Of a DNA stretch of 64,000 nucleotides, positions 12,601 to 25,362 are shown one piece after another. The translations under genes were made by a program, and so were the position numbers. The notes below the pieces were generated by a model that saw only the letters and a program-made list of their open reading frames with translations, did no database searches and had not been told where the DNA came from. Position 1 is the first letter of the stretch. Each line of letters begins with the position of its first letter. The DNA is from Amoebophrya sp. A120. Taxonomy: Eukaryota; Protista; Dinoflagellata. Location of the stretch: NCBI GenBank assembly GCA_905178155.1, contig CAJINV010000003.1, positions 11,821,105 through 11,885,104 of the forward strand, read 5' to 3'.

Positions 12601-15600
12601 CCGCTCCAGCTGGGAGAGCTCCGGCTCATGTATTTCATCGGGTTGCTCTGCACATTGTACTTGTCCGGAGCAATTATGAGCGCCGCCGTCTGGAGGTATG
12701 AGTCCTGCGGGCCCGTGCTGCTCGCTCGTAGAAAAATTCTGCTCAGTGACACCTCTACGATCGCCCTTGCCGCCAGTAGATGAGCTACTGCTTGGCGTCT
12801 TTCCTTTTGGCGGCACCAGCTCTTCCAACGGCACGATCCGGTACTCCGGAGCGATAGTGCTTTGCTCCACCACCGGCACCAGTGCGGGCGGCCGGAAACT
12901 CACCTGGTCGCACAGTTGCTCCACTTCCTTGCAAATGTCGCGAACCGAAGATGAATTAGCAGGTTCGCATTGGTTGTTTGGTACTGCCGATGATGTAGCC
13001 ACCTGTGCGACTCGCTCGATGGTCGCGTTGGTACTTCCAACAGGATCCTGTCGCGTGCGAGTCGGCGGCGCGAAGGCCGGAAGGTCCGAAGCGATCGTGG
13101 AACAGGCAGCTGCAGTAGAGCGTGGCTTTCCAAGTTGTTCCGCCTGCTGTAGTTCTTTAGAGCTGGATGCTGCAGGCGGTGGTACAAAGGATGCGGGTTC
13201 TACATTTCCGGAACCCGCCGTAGTGAGACCACTTTCATCTCCGGTGCGCTCTGCCTGGTGCTGTTGCTTTGCAAGAGCGAGTTGCTGCTGCAACTTCTGC
13301 AGATCCTGGAGCTGGCGTTTGCACTGGCTCTCCAAACGATCTGGTAAGTTCAAAAATGTTGAGTTTTATCGGACAAAAACGACAACCTAAATTTTACCTG
13401 TCACAATGACAATTTTACCATTCGTCTTTTTCCAGCTGAACCAAATTTCTCGTCCACGCAAAAACTTTTGACAGTACGCAGGTCCTGTTCCTGTCGTTCG
13501 TATTGCTTCCGCCCTTCCGCCACCTCCTTCGCCCGCAAGTCGTATGGATGTGTCAGGTTTGAAATCGTCAAAGTTGAAATAGTTTGTCATGCATAAAACG
13601 GATACCAGCTAGACCTACAGTTTGTAGTCGGTGCATGACAAATTTTCCCGGTCCTGGAAGCGAGTCTGTCATGCGGTTTAGGGCAGAACAGCTGCCTTCT
13701 GTCATGCTAGTTAGCAGTCCACCTTTTGACCCTTGCCAGGACTATAATCTGCCTCCCGTGGGTCCTCTGCAATAGAGTCACTTTTTGTGTAGCATTTTAT
13801 GCATTACAAATTCTTTCAACTCTGACGATTTCAAACCTGACGCTTCCATAAGTCGTGTGCCTCGGTCAAATCCGCAATCCGCTTCTCGTACACGAGTTAT
13901 CAAATGTAAAAATGTCTGGCTCTGGTAGAATGCAACTTGTGATGCTAACTTTGGAGTCTAAAAAAATCTGTATTGCATGAGCAGCATTAGGCGTCCAGTT
14001 TGTGCTACGCGGGGAGGGCACTTGTCATGCGGGATAGGCATCAGGGAGGCCTCGAGAAATATGTGATGCTAGATCATGCATTACAGACAACCTGAGTCAT
14101 GCAAAATATGCATGACAAACCTGGTAACCTTCCAGACCCAGACATTTTTACATTTGATACGAGTCTTTCCTGCGCAAATTCGTCGTAAACTGACTTCGCG
14201 AAGGCGCCCGACTGTAAAGCCTGCTCCTCCAGCTGCTGCTCCAATCTGGCGCACCGGTCGGTGTAGTAGGTGAGTAAATCCTGCTTCTTCTGCTTATCTT
14301 TCTCCGCCACCGCCTTCAGCAGGCTCGCCGCGGCATACAGCTTGCCCCCGCCGTCGCTGTCGACGGACAAGTTTAGCTGCTCCAGCTCTTTACCGACCGA
14401 CTCGGCCGACAAAATTTCTTCGCGCGAAGGCGAGGGGAACGCGATGGGATTTTTTAGTCCTTCCGCGGTCCCGACGAGTCTTGAATAAAGTGCATTTTGT
14501 TCTCCGTCCCTTCGCGTTGTACCACAAGCTACCGGCGCGGGAGATTGGTCCTCTACTTCTTTTTGCTGATAATCATCGGCATGTGTGACGTTCGTGCCTT
14601 TTTCAATTCCGTTCGTGCCGGAGAAATTCCCAGGAGCAGGAGGAGCTGAGGCTATACTTGGAGCTGCTCGCTCTGATCCTGTGGCACTTCCCGCGGCCTC
14701 TATTTTCCCAGGAGCAGCGGCAGCAGCAGTTCCATCGGCAATAGCACCAAGGCTACTCTGTGAGTTAGTTGTAGGCTGGTCCAGCTGCACATCTACTTGC
14801 CCCTCACTCCCCGGGGCTGGCAAAACAATGCTCTGGTCGAGTGCAATCGCGTCCGGGATTCTTGCGACCTCCTCGTCGGGAAGGTGCCGCTCCGTCTTGT
14901 TTTCCAACTTCCCCGCAGCTGTGTCAGTCACTTCTCCTGTGCCGCCCGCCGCTGCGGTTTCTGTCGTTGCTCTTGCAAGAACATGATCTCTGCCTTGGGA
15001 AATATAAAAGTCCGGCTTCCTCCTGCTCTCCGTGTCTTCGAAACCGTCGGCCACTTTAATACTGGCATCGGCTTCATTGCCATCAATTATACCGGTGCAT
15101 GAATACAGCGGCCGTGCTGAAGGAGAAATTTGCTGCTCTGCAGGTGGCAGGAATGGATTTGCGTAGATTTTATCCTGCTTTTCCTCCAGCGATACCACCT
15201 CTTCTTCCTCACTGTGGTACTGCCGCAGAAAATACCGTGGCGCTCCTGCCGGACCTGATTCAATTTCCGAAGATGAACTATTTTCGCAGCTTAGGTGGTC
15301 TACATTTGTGCACACAGAAAGATGTTGAAAGCTAGCTGTACATATTGCAACAATCAACAAAAAACCTGCTCCACCACCATTCCGGCGACTTGCTGGCGTC
15401 GAAGATGAGGAAGAGCAAGAACTTTGCTGCTGGTAGTAGCTTCGCAAGGCCGAAATCGAGGCTTCCAGAGAGTTGTTTTCTTCGCGAGACGTTTCTTGCG
15501 TGGAATTGGAAGTTACGGCTCTTTTGTTTCCCGCGGTCGCATCCATTATGCGAGACTCATCCACTGCTTCTTCTTCACGCAACGGTTCAGTCGACGACCG

Positions 15601-15687
15601 CATATGGTCCATGGTACGGTGCGTTGAACATGATCCCAGTGGTGCGGCAGAGATAACTGAAGCGCCGACGCCGTCATCGAACGACAT
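9606..15687 (-). CDS. Large (~1,700 aa) multi-exon low-complexity/coiled-coil protein with possible C-terminal MATH/TRAF-like domain
   Basis: ORFs 14074..15687, 11257..13353, 10633..11028 and 9606..10400 join in frame across three introners and three GT-AG introns. C-terminal WRLENASLK...SPTF...LEFFPNG resembles MATH strands. Confidence 0.65.
10432..10685. mobile_element. Introner, tatcaaatgyaaaaatgtctgggtctgga family
   Basis: ~29-bp TIR; perfect TSD tccgg; joins QIILR-KYCNNAEKIMWRL. Confidence 0.92.
13543..13850. mobile_element. Introner, tatgga..tcaggtttgaaatcg family
   Basis: ~50-bp TIR; perfect TSD agtcg; joins EAHD-LRAKEV. Confidence 0.92.
13898..14159. mobile_element. Introner, young 262-bp family
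   Basis: TIR; perfect TSD cgagt; joins QERL-VYEKRIAD. Confidence 0.93.
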
Positions 15688-17054
15688 GGTAGTACCTCGT
15701 CTCAGTAAAACCTAGAGTCGCATGAGAACTTGAACTACAAGAACGAAGAACTAAATAAAATCAGTTTTAAGCAAGAAAACCGTCCAGCCTGCCGGCGTGG
15801 TCCTCATACAACACAACCTCTCATACCACGGACGGCCTCAGTCGCTCCGAAAAGAGCACAATAAACAAGTACTGAAACGTAACTTGTCTTTTTGTGGAAA
15901 AGGGAGTTCCTTGAAGGGAAGAGGACAAAAAAATCGTTTATTTGATTCTTCCCTGTAGATCTTCTAACACGTAGTTCAGACACTAGGCCCTTTGGAAATT
16001 CTCTCAGCATTTTTGGCGCCAAAGCTTTGGCAATAGAACGCGATGCAGTACTTGCTTCTACTGCTTGATGTTCATGTTTTTCGCTCAGGGAACCTCTACA
16101 ACCAACCTCATCTTCCAGCAGAGAGAAACATCAAAGGGAACAGATGGTGAAAACAAGCCACGACAAATAAAAATAGGAACATGAACGATACAAACCCTTT
16201 TGTTTCCCCGCACCAACACGTCGCACCGTGCTCCTCCACGAAAGCGGAAACTCAATAGCCTCCCCTTTGCTTTTTTGCAGCACTATGCAATCAAATAGTT
16301 TTTTGTGCCGATTCGAAAATTAGGCAAACAGGAGAAACATCAATGAGTAGAGAAAAAACCCTCAAATTCAGCCTCGAAGGTGCTTTATTTTCCTTGATTC
16401 TCCGGCACGATGAAAAATAAGCTACTTCAGATTCTTCCGAAAAAAATCCTACGTTTGTAGAGTGTCGCGTGCTCCTCAGTTGGTTGAAGCGATAGTGCGG
16501 AATTCATTGTACAGGACAAGAAAAGGAAATAAATCATGAGTGAGTGAATGAGTGAGTGCATGATCTACTCTTTTTACGAGGAAATAATTAAAAGGGCGAC
16601 CACAATAAGCGAAACGCCAAAATACTGTCTCGCGCAGCTGCGTGTCGAGCATGTTTTACGTCGATATTTTTGATTTGAATAGCTCCGGCAAAAAGATGAA
16701 TCTCTTCAACCAGATAGTTCGTCCAGTGCATTCACTCTTCAGCGCATATAATGGAACATCCGTATCGGTTTGACGAGCTGCAAATTCTTAGTTATCATAC
16801 ACGTGTACAAGTTATCAAAAATCTAAGTTCGTCCCCTAGGACCTCCGTGAAGCCCATACTCTTCCAATTTCCTCGAATACTCCGTTAGGTCTGCCGAATC
16901 CACGCAATACGCCGCGGCGCCCCGCTTCTCTCGCGTATCCATTGCAAAACTATGTCTTGGTGTTCTGGAAGGTGAAGATAAGATGCCAGGTCTGATCGAC
17001 GAGGACACACAAACCTGTTCTTTTGCAGAAGCAGCAAAAGCGAGTCACTTTCGG

Positions 17055-20000
17055 TCACGTAAACGCGACCACGTTTCTCGTGCAGAACGGGCATCGAGCA
17101 GACTTGCTCCCAAAACTTGTGATGCCAGGCCCTGCAATATATATCGCGGACCTGCTCCTGGGCCATGCAAAACCTGGATGACAAAGAACCTCCGAAAGAC
17201 TTTTATTCCAGACCAAGACATACAAAATTTGCAGTGGATATCGCAGCCAGGGGGGCAGTCTGCTCGAGATGTTGCCCTCGTGCACCACAACTCGTCTCTG
17301 GTTTCGCAGCTTCGCCGTGATCTCAAACTGAAACGCCAGACTGTGGTACTGGTGTCCCAGTTGGAAAGCCGTGTCGTAATAGTAGCTCTGCGCGTGCGCG
17401 GTCAGTGTGCGGGCCACCACAGCAAAGAAAAAACTATGCTCCCACCAGACGCGCTTCAACGGGAACGAATCGGGCGTTGTGGCCGACGTCCTTGCTAACC
17501 GTCTTGATGCCAGGGAGGCGAATTCCCAGGTGAGTTGGTGCTCCAGCTTAGCAAACGAGCGCATCAAATGCTGCAACGGAGCGTGGTCGAAGGGCCGCAC
17601 GTGGTCTTGCACCGCCACCGCCCCCCGCGCTGGGGTCTGCTTTCCGTACTGCGTCTTCAGATCGGGGCCGGTCCAGGCGGGACCCTTGCTTCGGTACTGA
17701 AGATCAAATGCCAGCGTTCGGACATATTTTAGGTCAAACTCGTGCTGCTTGCGCGTCTCGTCTCCGCAGTTCTCGGCCTCCTCCAGCAAACTCGACAAAT
17801 TCCCGTCGCTGCGAACTTTCTGCCGCACCAAACCAAGGAAAAAGTCGCCATGGGGCGAGAGAAAGGTGGTTTTCACAACAGGCGTACTACTACCTTCCAA
17901 GAGTTTCTTTTCAACCGCATCGATGTAGTGCACCGCGCCCCCGGTTAGGTACGCTGCGGAGCCGAGCCCGTGGTGAATATCACTGTGCCCCGGGCCGTGC
18001 GGCCCGGGTCGGCCGCTCAATCCCGCGGCAGTGCCGTCGCTCGAAACTTGGACAATGTCCTCCTCGGCGAGATAGTTGATTTTTTGCGCGTCTGTCCATT
18101 GCCCCATGAATTCCCCCAATCTGCCCGCCTGCTCCTGCAGAAAGGATTTTCGTACAGGTTCTTCCAGCCCTTTGAGCGCGTGTGAATCCAACGGATAGTC
18201 TCTCCGGGCCCGCCGGTTCACCGCTTGCTCAAACAACTGCTGGAACCGGCCACGACCATTATCCGCTCCCATTTCTTGCCGCCTCCTCAGGTTTTCAAAA
18301 AAATTCGGGTCGCGCCCCTCGTCGAGTAGAAACTCGCAACTGTCAGCCGCCTGTGCGGGCAGGCGTAAGGCAGCCACTTTCATCAGAGCGTCCGTTTGGT
18401 TCTTTTGGCCCTGCTTCCTATTTTTACCCTTTTTGGAAGTACTTCCGCCTTCCGACGCCGGCGCTGGCTGACCTGCGATGATGATGTTCGTAGAAACTTT
18501 TCGCTCGTGAATGGACACATGCGCGACCAACGCGCGCAGCACCGCCCAGGCGGGGCGGTAGTTCGTGTTCAGGACCACCAGCGACAAAACCGTTTTCGGG
18601 GACTGCATCTGGGTTTTGGCTGCGAATTTCGCGAAACCAGCTTCAAGGCGATCTTTCACAGCCTTCCTGCCTGCAGTGTGTTCAATTTGCCTCGGTTGTG
18701 CCGCGTTTGCACGCAATTTGCTGTACGCCTCTTCCCAATCTATTAGCTTGTTCATAGGAAGTAGGTTCTCCTTCTCGGCGTAGTTGTAAGCTAAAAAATC
18801 TTGCATCTCCTCGGTATACGTGTAAGGTTCCTTATCCTTTTTCCGCTTCCGGTCCTTCTTTTTCTTCTCTATCTGGGGCACGAATTCCAATGCCTTCTGG
18901 GCGCGCTCCACCAGCTCCACGACAAAAGCGTTGTCGGCTCTTTCTTCTTCGGTTAGCGATAAAACACGACCATGGGGGTCTTCTAGTACCTCTTCATTTC
19001 CCACCGCAGCTGGGTCCTCTTGGAGTACAGAAGATCGTGCTCTTGAAAAGTCTGTGCGCAATCTGGACACCACCAGGAGCGCCATTCCGGCCGATTCCAA
19101 CGACGCGAGGTGGGCCCGCAGCCGGTCCGTCCAGGCCGTGTTCGCCAGCAGCTCCGCCTTGGCAGCAGCGACTTGCTCCTGCGCCACCAGCAGGCGGCGT
19201 TTGTTCGCCTCCCGTTCCTCTGTAGTTCCCATCGCGGCGCCACGACCCCCTGCGATCTTCTTTTTCACCTCCAGCGAGACGAAGTGGGCGGTTTTCATTT
19301 TCAGAAAAATCTTTTTGTTGTCCCCCACCGCCGCTTCCACCTCCCGCATTACGAGGTTGCCACGTCGATACAACATATCCAAGGCAAGCTCCACGTGCAG
19401 CCGCCCGCGCGTGACAGCTCTCATCGCCGCGGAGGTTGAAGAAGGTACTAGTCCTGTACGACGATCAAGAGCCGCCTGTTCGTCTTCGTGCTTCCGGAAC
19501 AACTCCTTGCACGCCGCCGGGGTATACTCTTCCCGCTGCCACTCTTCCTGCAAAAACTTGTCCAAAGCCGCGCCCTCGTCCTCGGAGCTGGCGGTGTCCT
19601 CCGTGCGAGCAGGAGTCGACGGTTGCTGGCCGCGTTTAGAAGCTTTCGTACTCTTCTTGGTGGAAGCTCTACTGCTACTTCCTTCCGGCCCGAGTGTCAT
19701 CGCTCTGGTCTCCTCGACAAGTCCCTCCAGTGTGTCGCCCGAATCTTCTTCCTCCTCGTCCGCCGCGTCCTGGCCCAACGGGCCAAAACCGGTCCGTTGT
19801 GTTGCCGACGCGACCAGCAAGACTGGAACCTGCTGCTGGATAGAGTCTTTTGAAGCCGCGGGCTGCAGCGGCGCTCCGGAGCGAACATCAGAATCTTTAC
19901 TAGCAACACCCCCCTCGACGTCCTCCTCCCGCCACAACTCCCCTTCCGCCACCGGCGGTGCCACCCGGTGGCACGCTCGCGCCTGGTCGCGCGCAAACTG

Positions 20001-20879
20001 CGTCATTTGGGCGTGGCCCGCGTTAGGCGTAAGAAACAAGCCCAGTTTCGTATACACAAGCTCCCGGAACAGCCCGCAACTGGTCCAGCTGTCCGCAAAA
20101 AACTGAAAAATTCGGGGGGACGAGGAATTATTTTGTCGCGGACTCGTCGGTGCTGCTTGTCGGAGGTGCTGTTCATCATCTTTCGCAGAAACATTTGGCG
20201 TCTTCGGACATTGATGGATATTCTTGTCGAGCGGCATGCTGTTTGACGAACTACTCGTCCCGCGTACCATGTAATTTGCGCCGTAGAACACTTTGCAGTA
20301 CTTCGCTTTGAGTTCGCGATACCTTTTGTCAAAAACCGCTTTTCTACTCGGGCAAAGCTCCCCCACATCTGATATTCCGTCGATGCTCCGACGGCAACCA
20401 GGACCATTCGTGCAGTTGGGACGCAGAAATGCTGCACCAAAACCGTGGGCTGCCGCACCAGGAGAGTGTTGCTGAACACTACAGGGCCCACCTCCACCTG
20501 TCGCCGGCTCGCGCATCAGGGTCCGAAACGCGCGCAAGTCTGCTTCCATACCGTACAGCGTGTCGTGTAGTGTCTTCGTCATGCGTAGCTCCACAACGCT
20601 GCGGCTCAAAATTTTCTCCTGGTACACATCGAGCACAGATTTCCGGGCACGATCCGAGGCAAGAAAGCTCTGGTTCTGGGCTGAAAGACGCAGACGCCGG
20701 ACATCTTCCAGTGTCTGTGCAACAAAAAAATCAGGTGCTGGCGCAGGCGCTTCATCATGCTGGCTTGTTACCCCAGGAGAGCCTGGTTGTGGTGTAGCTG
20801 CCCCTGCGAAATGGAGGATGCAGGTTGCGGTGAAAAGATAGACCGCGGCGGTCAGAAAAGCGTGAGTGACCGCTCGCAT
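17055..20879 (-). CDS. Large secreted hypothetical protein (~1,270 aa), apparently a single long exon
   Basis: Uninterrupted ORF; MRAVTHAFLTAAVYLFTATCILHFAGA looks like a signal peptide; 3' end uncertain. Confidence 0.75.
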   Translation of the reverse strand: MRAVTHAFLTAAVYLFTATCILHFAGAATPQPGSPGVTSQHDEAPAPAPDFFVAQTLEDVRRLRLSAQNQSFLASDRARKSVLDVYQEKILSRSVVELRMTKTLHDTLYGMEADLRAFRTLMREPATGGGGPCSVQQHSPGAAAHGFGAAFLRPNCTNGPGCRRSIDGISDVGELCPSRKAVFDKRYRELKAKYCKVFYGANYMVRGTSSSSNSMPLDKNIHQCPKTPNVSAKDDEQHLRQAAPTSPRQNNSSSPRIFQFFADSWTSCGLFRELVYTKLGLFLTPNAGHAQMTQFARDQARACHRVAPPVAEGELWREEDVEGGVASKDSDVRSGAPLQPAASKDSIQQQVPVLLVASATQRTGFGPLGQDAADEEEEDSGDTLEGLVEETRAMTLGPEGSSSRASTKKSTKASKRGQQPSTPARTEDTASSEDEGAALDKFLQEEWQREEYTPAACKELFRKHEDEQAALDRRTGLVPSSTSAAMRAVTRGRLHVELALDMLYRRGNLVMREVEAAVGDNKKIFLKMKTAHFVSLEVKKKIAGGRGAAMGTTEEREANKRRLLVAQEQVAAAKAELLANTAWTDRLRAHLASLESAGMALLVVSRLRTDFSRARSSVLQEDPAAVGNEEVLEDPHGRVLSLTEEERADNAFVVELVERAQKALEFVPQIEKKKKDRKRKKDKEPYTYTEEMQDFLAYNYAEKENLLPMNKLIDWEEAYSKLRANAAQPRQIEHTAGRKAVKDRLEAGFAKFAAKTQMQSPKTVLSLVVLNTNYRPAWAVLRALVAHVSIHERKVSTNIIIAGQPAPASEGGSTSKKGKNRKQGQKNQTDALMKVAALRLPAQAADSCEFLLDEGRDPNFFENLRRRQEMGADNGRGRFQQLFEQAVNRRARRDYPLDSHALKGLEEPVRKSFLQEQAGRLGEFMGQWTDAQKINYLAEEDIVQVSSDGTAAGLSGRPGPHGPGHSDIHHGLGSAAYLTGGAVHYIDAVEKKLLEGSSTPVVKTTFLSPHGDFFLGLVRQKVRSDGNLSSLLEEAENCGDETRKQHEFDLKYVRTLAFDLQYRSKGPAWTGPDLKTQYGKQTPARGAVAVQDHVRPFDHAPLQHLMRSFAKLEHQLTWEFASLASRRLARTSATTPDSFPLKRVWWEHSFFFAVVARTLTAHAQSYYYDTAFQLGHQYHSLAFQFEITAKLRNQRRVVVHEGNISSRLPPWLRYPLQILYVLVWNKSLSEVLCHPGFAWPRSRSAIYIAGPGITSFGSKSARCPFCTRNVVAFT

Positions 20880-21706
20880 TTTGATTTTTTGTGTGCGATA
20901 TGGAGAAAATTTAGATGAAAGAGCGTACTTAAAACACGACGTCGTTCCCAACGTTGCAAATATCGAATCGAAGTATTGAAGAGCGTCCTCTTCTAAAGTC
21001 AAAGTCGTGGATAAAAAAGGTAATAAAGTACATACTAGGTGAACAAAAAGCTAAAAGTTTTCGCACACCTAGAAAGTAAGTTACAGCTGACGAAGAGCGC
21101 AAAAGAGAGTAATGCTCTATTTCGTGTACTTTTGATCTTGATCCCGAAATTATTCTATTCACTTTCGCTGCTTCATACCAGCAGCATGTGGATCTGCATC
21201 ACTATGATGAAGATCTTCTTACAGAAATAATGGATCTCCTTCTACTATGAAATCCACGTGACCAGAAAGTACAAGTAGATGATCAGGGATTGCTAGCACT
21301 ATTTAGGCTGGCCTTTCGCTTTCGCGACCAGTCGAGTCCTGATCTGCGGTCTGAAATCATTCTTTTAGAGTAAGTGAGTAGGAGCAGAGGAGCTTCACCA
21401 GCCACGTCCTTTTTTTCTCCTGTGTGCATCGTCACGGATTCTTCTTCCACCGAAAATTGTACTTTCACGACACGACATCTTGATCTTCATAGATAAAACG
21501 ACCACATGCTGCGCAAACCTGACGCTGAACAATTTCGACAACAGTTTGGTCAGCAGGATGTTTCTGCGTCTGGGGGCATTTCTGCATTCAGCTCCGTCAG
21601 CTTTGAGACTGATTTGATATCAACACGACGACTACACTAACTGTACGTCCGAGCAACTTCAGAAGCGAGGACGAGGAAGAACAATCGAAAGAAAATCCCT
21701 TTCATC

Positions 21707-24700
21707 TCACAGCTCCGGCGGGGTGTGCAAATGGCAAGTTGGGCCGACCACGAATCCCCTCTTCGCTTCCTGGTGCATGCACCACAGCGCAGACAGGTTT
21801 CGGAACGAGTTGATCGCTACCGGAAATTCCGAGAAAGCGAGCGCAGGGAACCCGCGAGTGTTGACTCGAACGTCCGGCAGGTGTCGCAAGAACATGTGCT
21901 CCGTCATCGGCGCTTTGTTTCTGGGGTGATTCGGGTCGGTTTCAAGGGGATACGATTCGTGCGGTGCGGGCGGAGGTCTTCTAGATGCTGTTGTAGTACT
22001 CGCTGGCATCGTCGCATTTCGTGTTTCTATCGTCCCAACATCCTGATCATCCGGGTCGTGTTTGATATTGTTCTGCTGAAAAAATTCCTCCGCTTCACTC
22101 CCTTCCGAAGATTTTATTGCTTCCGGTCGATGTTCTCCTCCTCGTCGTCCTTCAAGTAAATTCAGCGCACTGCAGTGCAAGTGGTGGTGCAGCCGCCCCT
22201 TGACGTAGTGCCAATTGTGCCGTTGCAGCAGCGTCTCCCGCTCTGCGTTACTCAACCACCCAAACGACAGCCGCCACACTTTGTCCACGCCGGAGGGCTC
22301 GCGCTTCAGCGCCCGCGCCCCTTCCAGGAAGGTTTTCACGGGGTGGAGCGCCAACCGCGTCTCGTACAGGAAGGGCCGGTTGGAAATGACAAATTTGTCG
22401 CGCCCGAACTTGTCCACCACGTTTGTCTTGTCGGGCCGGATTTTCAGCTCGCCCAGGCAGGCGCCCAGCAACCGGTCATCCTGGTGTCCCGCGAAAAACG
22501 CCTTGCACAGGTCGTTGCTCCCCGGCTGCAACCCGTTCTGGTCCGCCGGAAACCGGTCCTGGGCCCACCACCGCGACGTCCGCAGCTCTTTCAAGTACAG
22601 GCTCAGCCGCCTTAACACCGTGTTGGAAAAGCAGGTCGCCGGTCCCCCGTCGTTGAACGGCCGCTGCCCGTCGCGGCTGGCGTGGTACAGTGTGTGGCCC
22701 AGGAAGTGCGGCTCCCGCGCGTCCATGAACTTCACCATCTTCCGGAAATGCTGCGGAAGGAAATACGCGTCGCGGTCCAGGCGGCAGACCCAGGAATCCT
22801 GGGGAAAAAACTTCGCCAAATACGCGTACATCAGGAACATTTTCGCCTGGGTATTGTACACTTTTGCCTGCTTCTTTGCAAGAACTGGCGAGGAATTTCT
22901 AGCGTCTGGATCCGGTGGTGTGGTCCCACCGCCGGTTGACGTTTGGTCATCTCCTCGAAGATTCTCGCTTAATGCAGCTTTTCTCGCTGATGTTGTTCCG
23001 ACGTTCATCTCTTCTGCTTCACCTGCTACACCAGCCTCCCCACTTGCCGCAGCCCCCGCACTAGTTCCGCCTGCCGCTTCCGCCGCCTGCTCAACAGCCT
23101 TTTTAGTGCCCACGACCTGGTGCTTCGTTTTGGAATCGTAGTGCAGGTTGCTCTGGTCCGGCGGCAGATCACTCGGGAAAAATCGCCGCAAATCAATCAC
23201 GTCGGGCGGGAGATAGTACCTGCGCTTCCAGTGCGCGTGCTTACTGTCCCAAATGAAGTCGAAAAAACCGTCGCTTCCGTTCTTGTCGTTGTGAATCGGG
23301 TTAGTATTATTCTCAACAAACTTTCTGCTTGATACCGATGTCGCGGGTTCGCCTGTAGAAGAAGTGCCGTCTGCTTCTTCTTCGACTGCTTCCCCGTCTA
23401 TAAACGTCTTCACGGTGTAGCTGAGCGGGTCTTTGGTACTATTTTCGCTGTCCTCAACATCTCCCCTTCCATGCAAGTGCTTCCGCTGCTCCGTTTCTAA
23501 AATCTCTAGTTCCGTGAATTTTTTGTCGTAGGTCTGCCGCAGTTCGTCCAGATCTTTCCACCAGACAGTGTACTCTTCATCCGGGATCGCCACGAAAAAC
23601 AGCAACCGATCGCACCCGCCCTGGTCCCGCTTGAAACTGCCCCAGGTTTGCAAAATCTTCCGCCTGGTTTCCGCCTGGGCCGGCCAAACCAACGGGACGG
23701 CGCAGATGAGAGGAGGCGAACGCGTTTGCTGTTGATCGACGTCGTGGTCCACTAGTACTTCTTGTCGCGCCTCCTGCTGGTGCTCTCCGTCCTGTAATAA
23801 AACTGCGGCTCTTGTTCCAGTTGTTCCACCTGCGCTGTTGCGAACATCGATCTCATAAAGGCTCAACCTGTTATGCCGGGGCTCCACAACCGGGCAGACG
23901 CGCCAGTGGACAGTTCCCGCCCTTCTATCCAGCTCGAGTGCCGTGCTCCTCGCGAGGCCGCCGAAGGCAAACCGGAAATCGGACAGCAAGGTGGAGGCTG
24001 CGATGGAAGATGTTCCTCCTGCGCTGGTGTTCATTTCACCATCATCTCCAAGAGCAGGACCACCACCTGCGGCAAGAAGCAGTAACCTCTTCGCAAATTC
24101 GTTTGGTCTCTGATCGACATAGTAGGTGTCTGTATCTACGTTTGATGTGTCCTCTTGTTCTGCGGATACTTTGGTGTCCGATAATTTGGTGTCCTGCATC
24201 TTCAACGAGTTCTCGACGACGTCCTTCCCGTTATAATTCCCCAGTTCCTGCTGCACCACCTGGTCCACTACGGCGCTTTTCAAATCCCCCAACCGGATCC
24301 ACCTGCCGTACAACGGAAAGTCGTAGATGCTGTCCCGGTGCGCCATGAATTCGATGTTCGCCTCGTAATTCAGCAGAATCTCCCTCGCGGGAATCAATCG
24401 CTCATACCGACTCATTTCGTAGCACTGCACCCCCGCCGCGGCCAGTTGCTCCACCGCCGCGTCGAGCAAAATGTTGTGCAGCCGGTGGTTCTTATTCCAC
24501 AGAAAAAAGCCGGCTGCCGGCAGTAATGCAAAAATAAATACACAAGAAAATCTGTATTGCGTATCCTAAACAGCATGCTATGAGGCCGCCCATGACAGAT
24601 TTTTCAGTGTATTTATCTTTGCATTACAAATATGCCCGGCCAGCTTTTTTCTGTGGGATAGTTCTCGGCGACCACGCAGTCGGCCAGGAAGAACGCAAGA

Positions 24701-25062
24701 TCCGCCGGGCACTTCGCAGTATTTGCCGCATCAATCATCTGCATCGGGTACATTGCGGACAAGCCCAGGGGGTCCATCTCGATGTAGCGGTCGCAGAGTA
24801 GGGGGGCCTCCGGGTCGACCGAGGTGTCGGGTGGGTCGGGGGGAAATTTCTTGTCGTTGTAGGGCGGGGGTGTGGTCCGGTGCTCCAAGACCCACGCGAG
24901 GTCGCAGGCGCAGGCGGATGTTGAAGTAGGGGGAAGTTCTTGTAGATCTGCATCTGCGGCTTCTACTGAGAGAGTTCTTTCACGCGGCAAGAGAAATAAA
25001 ATCTCTGCTAGAAGACGACAAACCAGAGCAGCAGTTCGCATTTGCGGCATTCTTGCGGACAT
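21707..25062 (-). CDS. GT31 family glycosyltransferase (core-1 beta-1,3-galactosyltransferase/Fringe-like)
   Basis: ILQTWG..CDRLLFF, WVCRLDRDAYF (DxD), EPHFLG, FNDGGPATCFS, DDRLLGACL and VDKFGRDKF parallel C1GALT1 motifs. 5' exon 24627..25062 carries a signal/anchor. Confidence 0.8.
24524..24626. mobile_element. Short (103 bp) introner-like hairpin intron
   Basis: ~35-bp TIR taatgcaaaaataaatacac / gtgtatttatctttgcatta; TSD unclear. Confidence 0.7.
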
Positions 25063-25362
25063 CTTTTTTTCTACTTTCCGCGCACGGCGGCGAGGAAATG
25101 GACGACCCTCACACCACCTTCCGGCCGTGCTTCATTCATCTGTAGTGAATGCCGGGTCTTTGTTCTTACGTGCTGCTCCTTGCTTCTTTCTATCACTTGT
25201 TGTTCGCTTGCAGCGAAATAAACTTCTTCACACGCAGAAACAAACATGTGAGCTGACGCGAGGAAGGAACGAACATGCGTGAAGCGAACACCTTTATCAG
25301 TTCGCCAAGGAAAGACGCAACTACTCGAGGAGCCCTCCATGGTACAAGCGAGCAGCACCACG

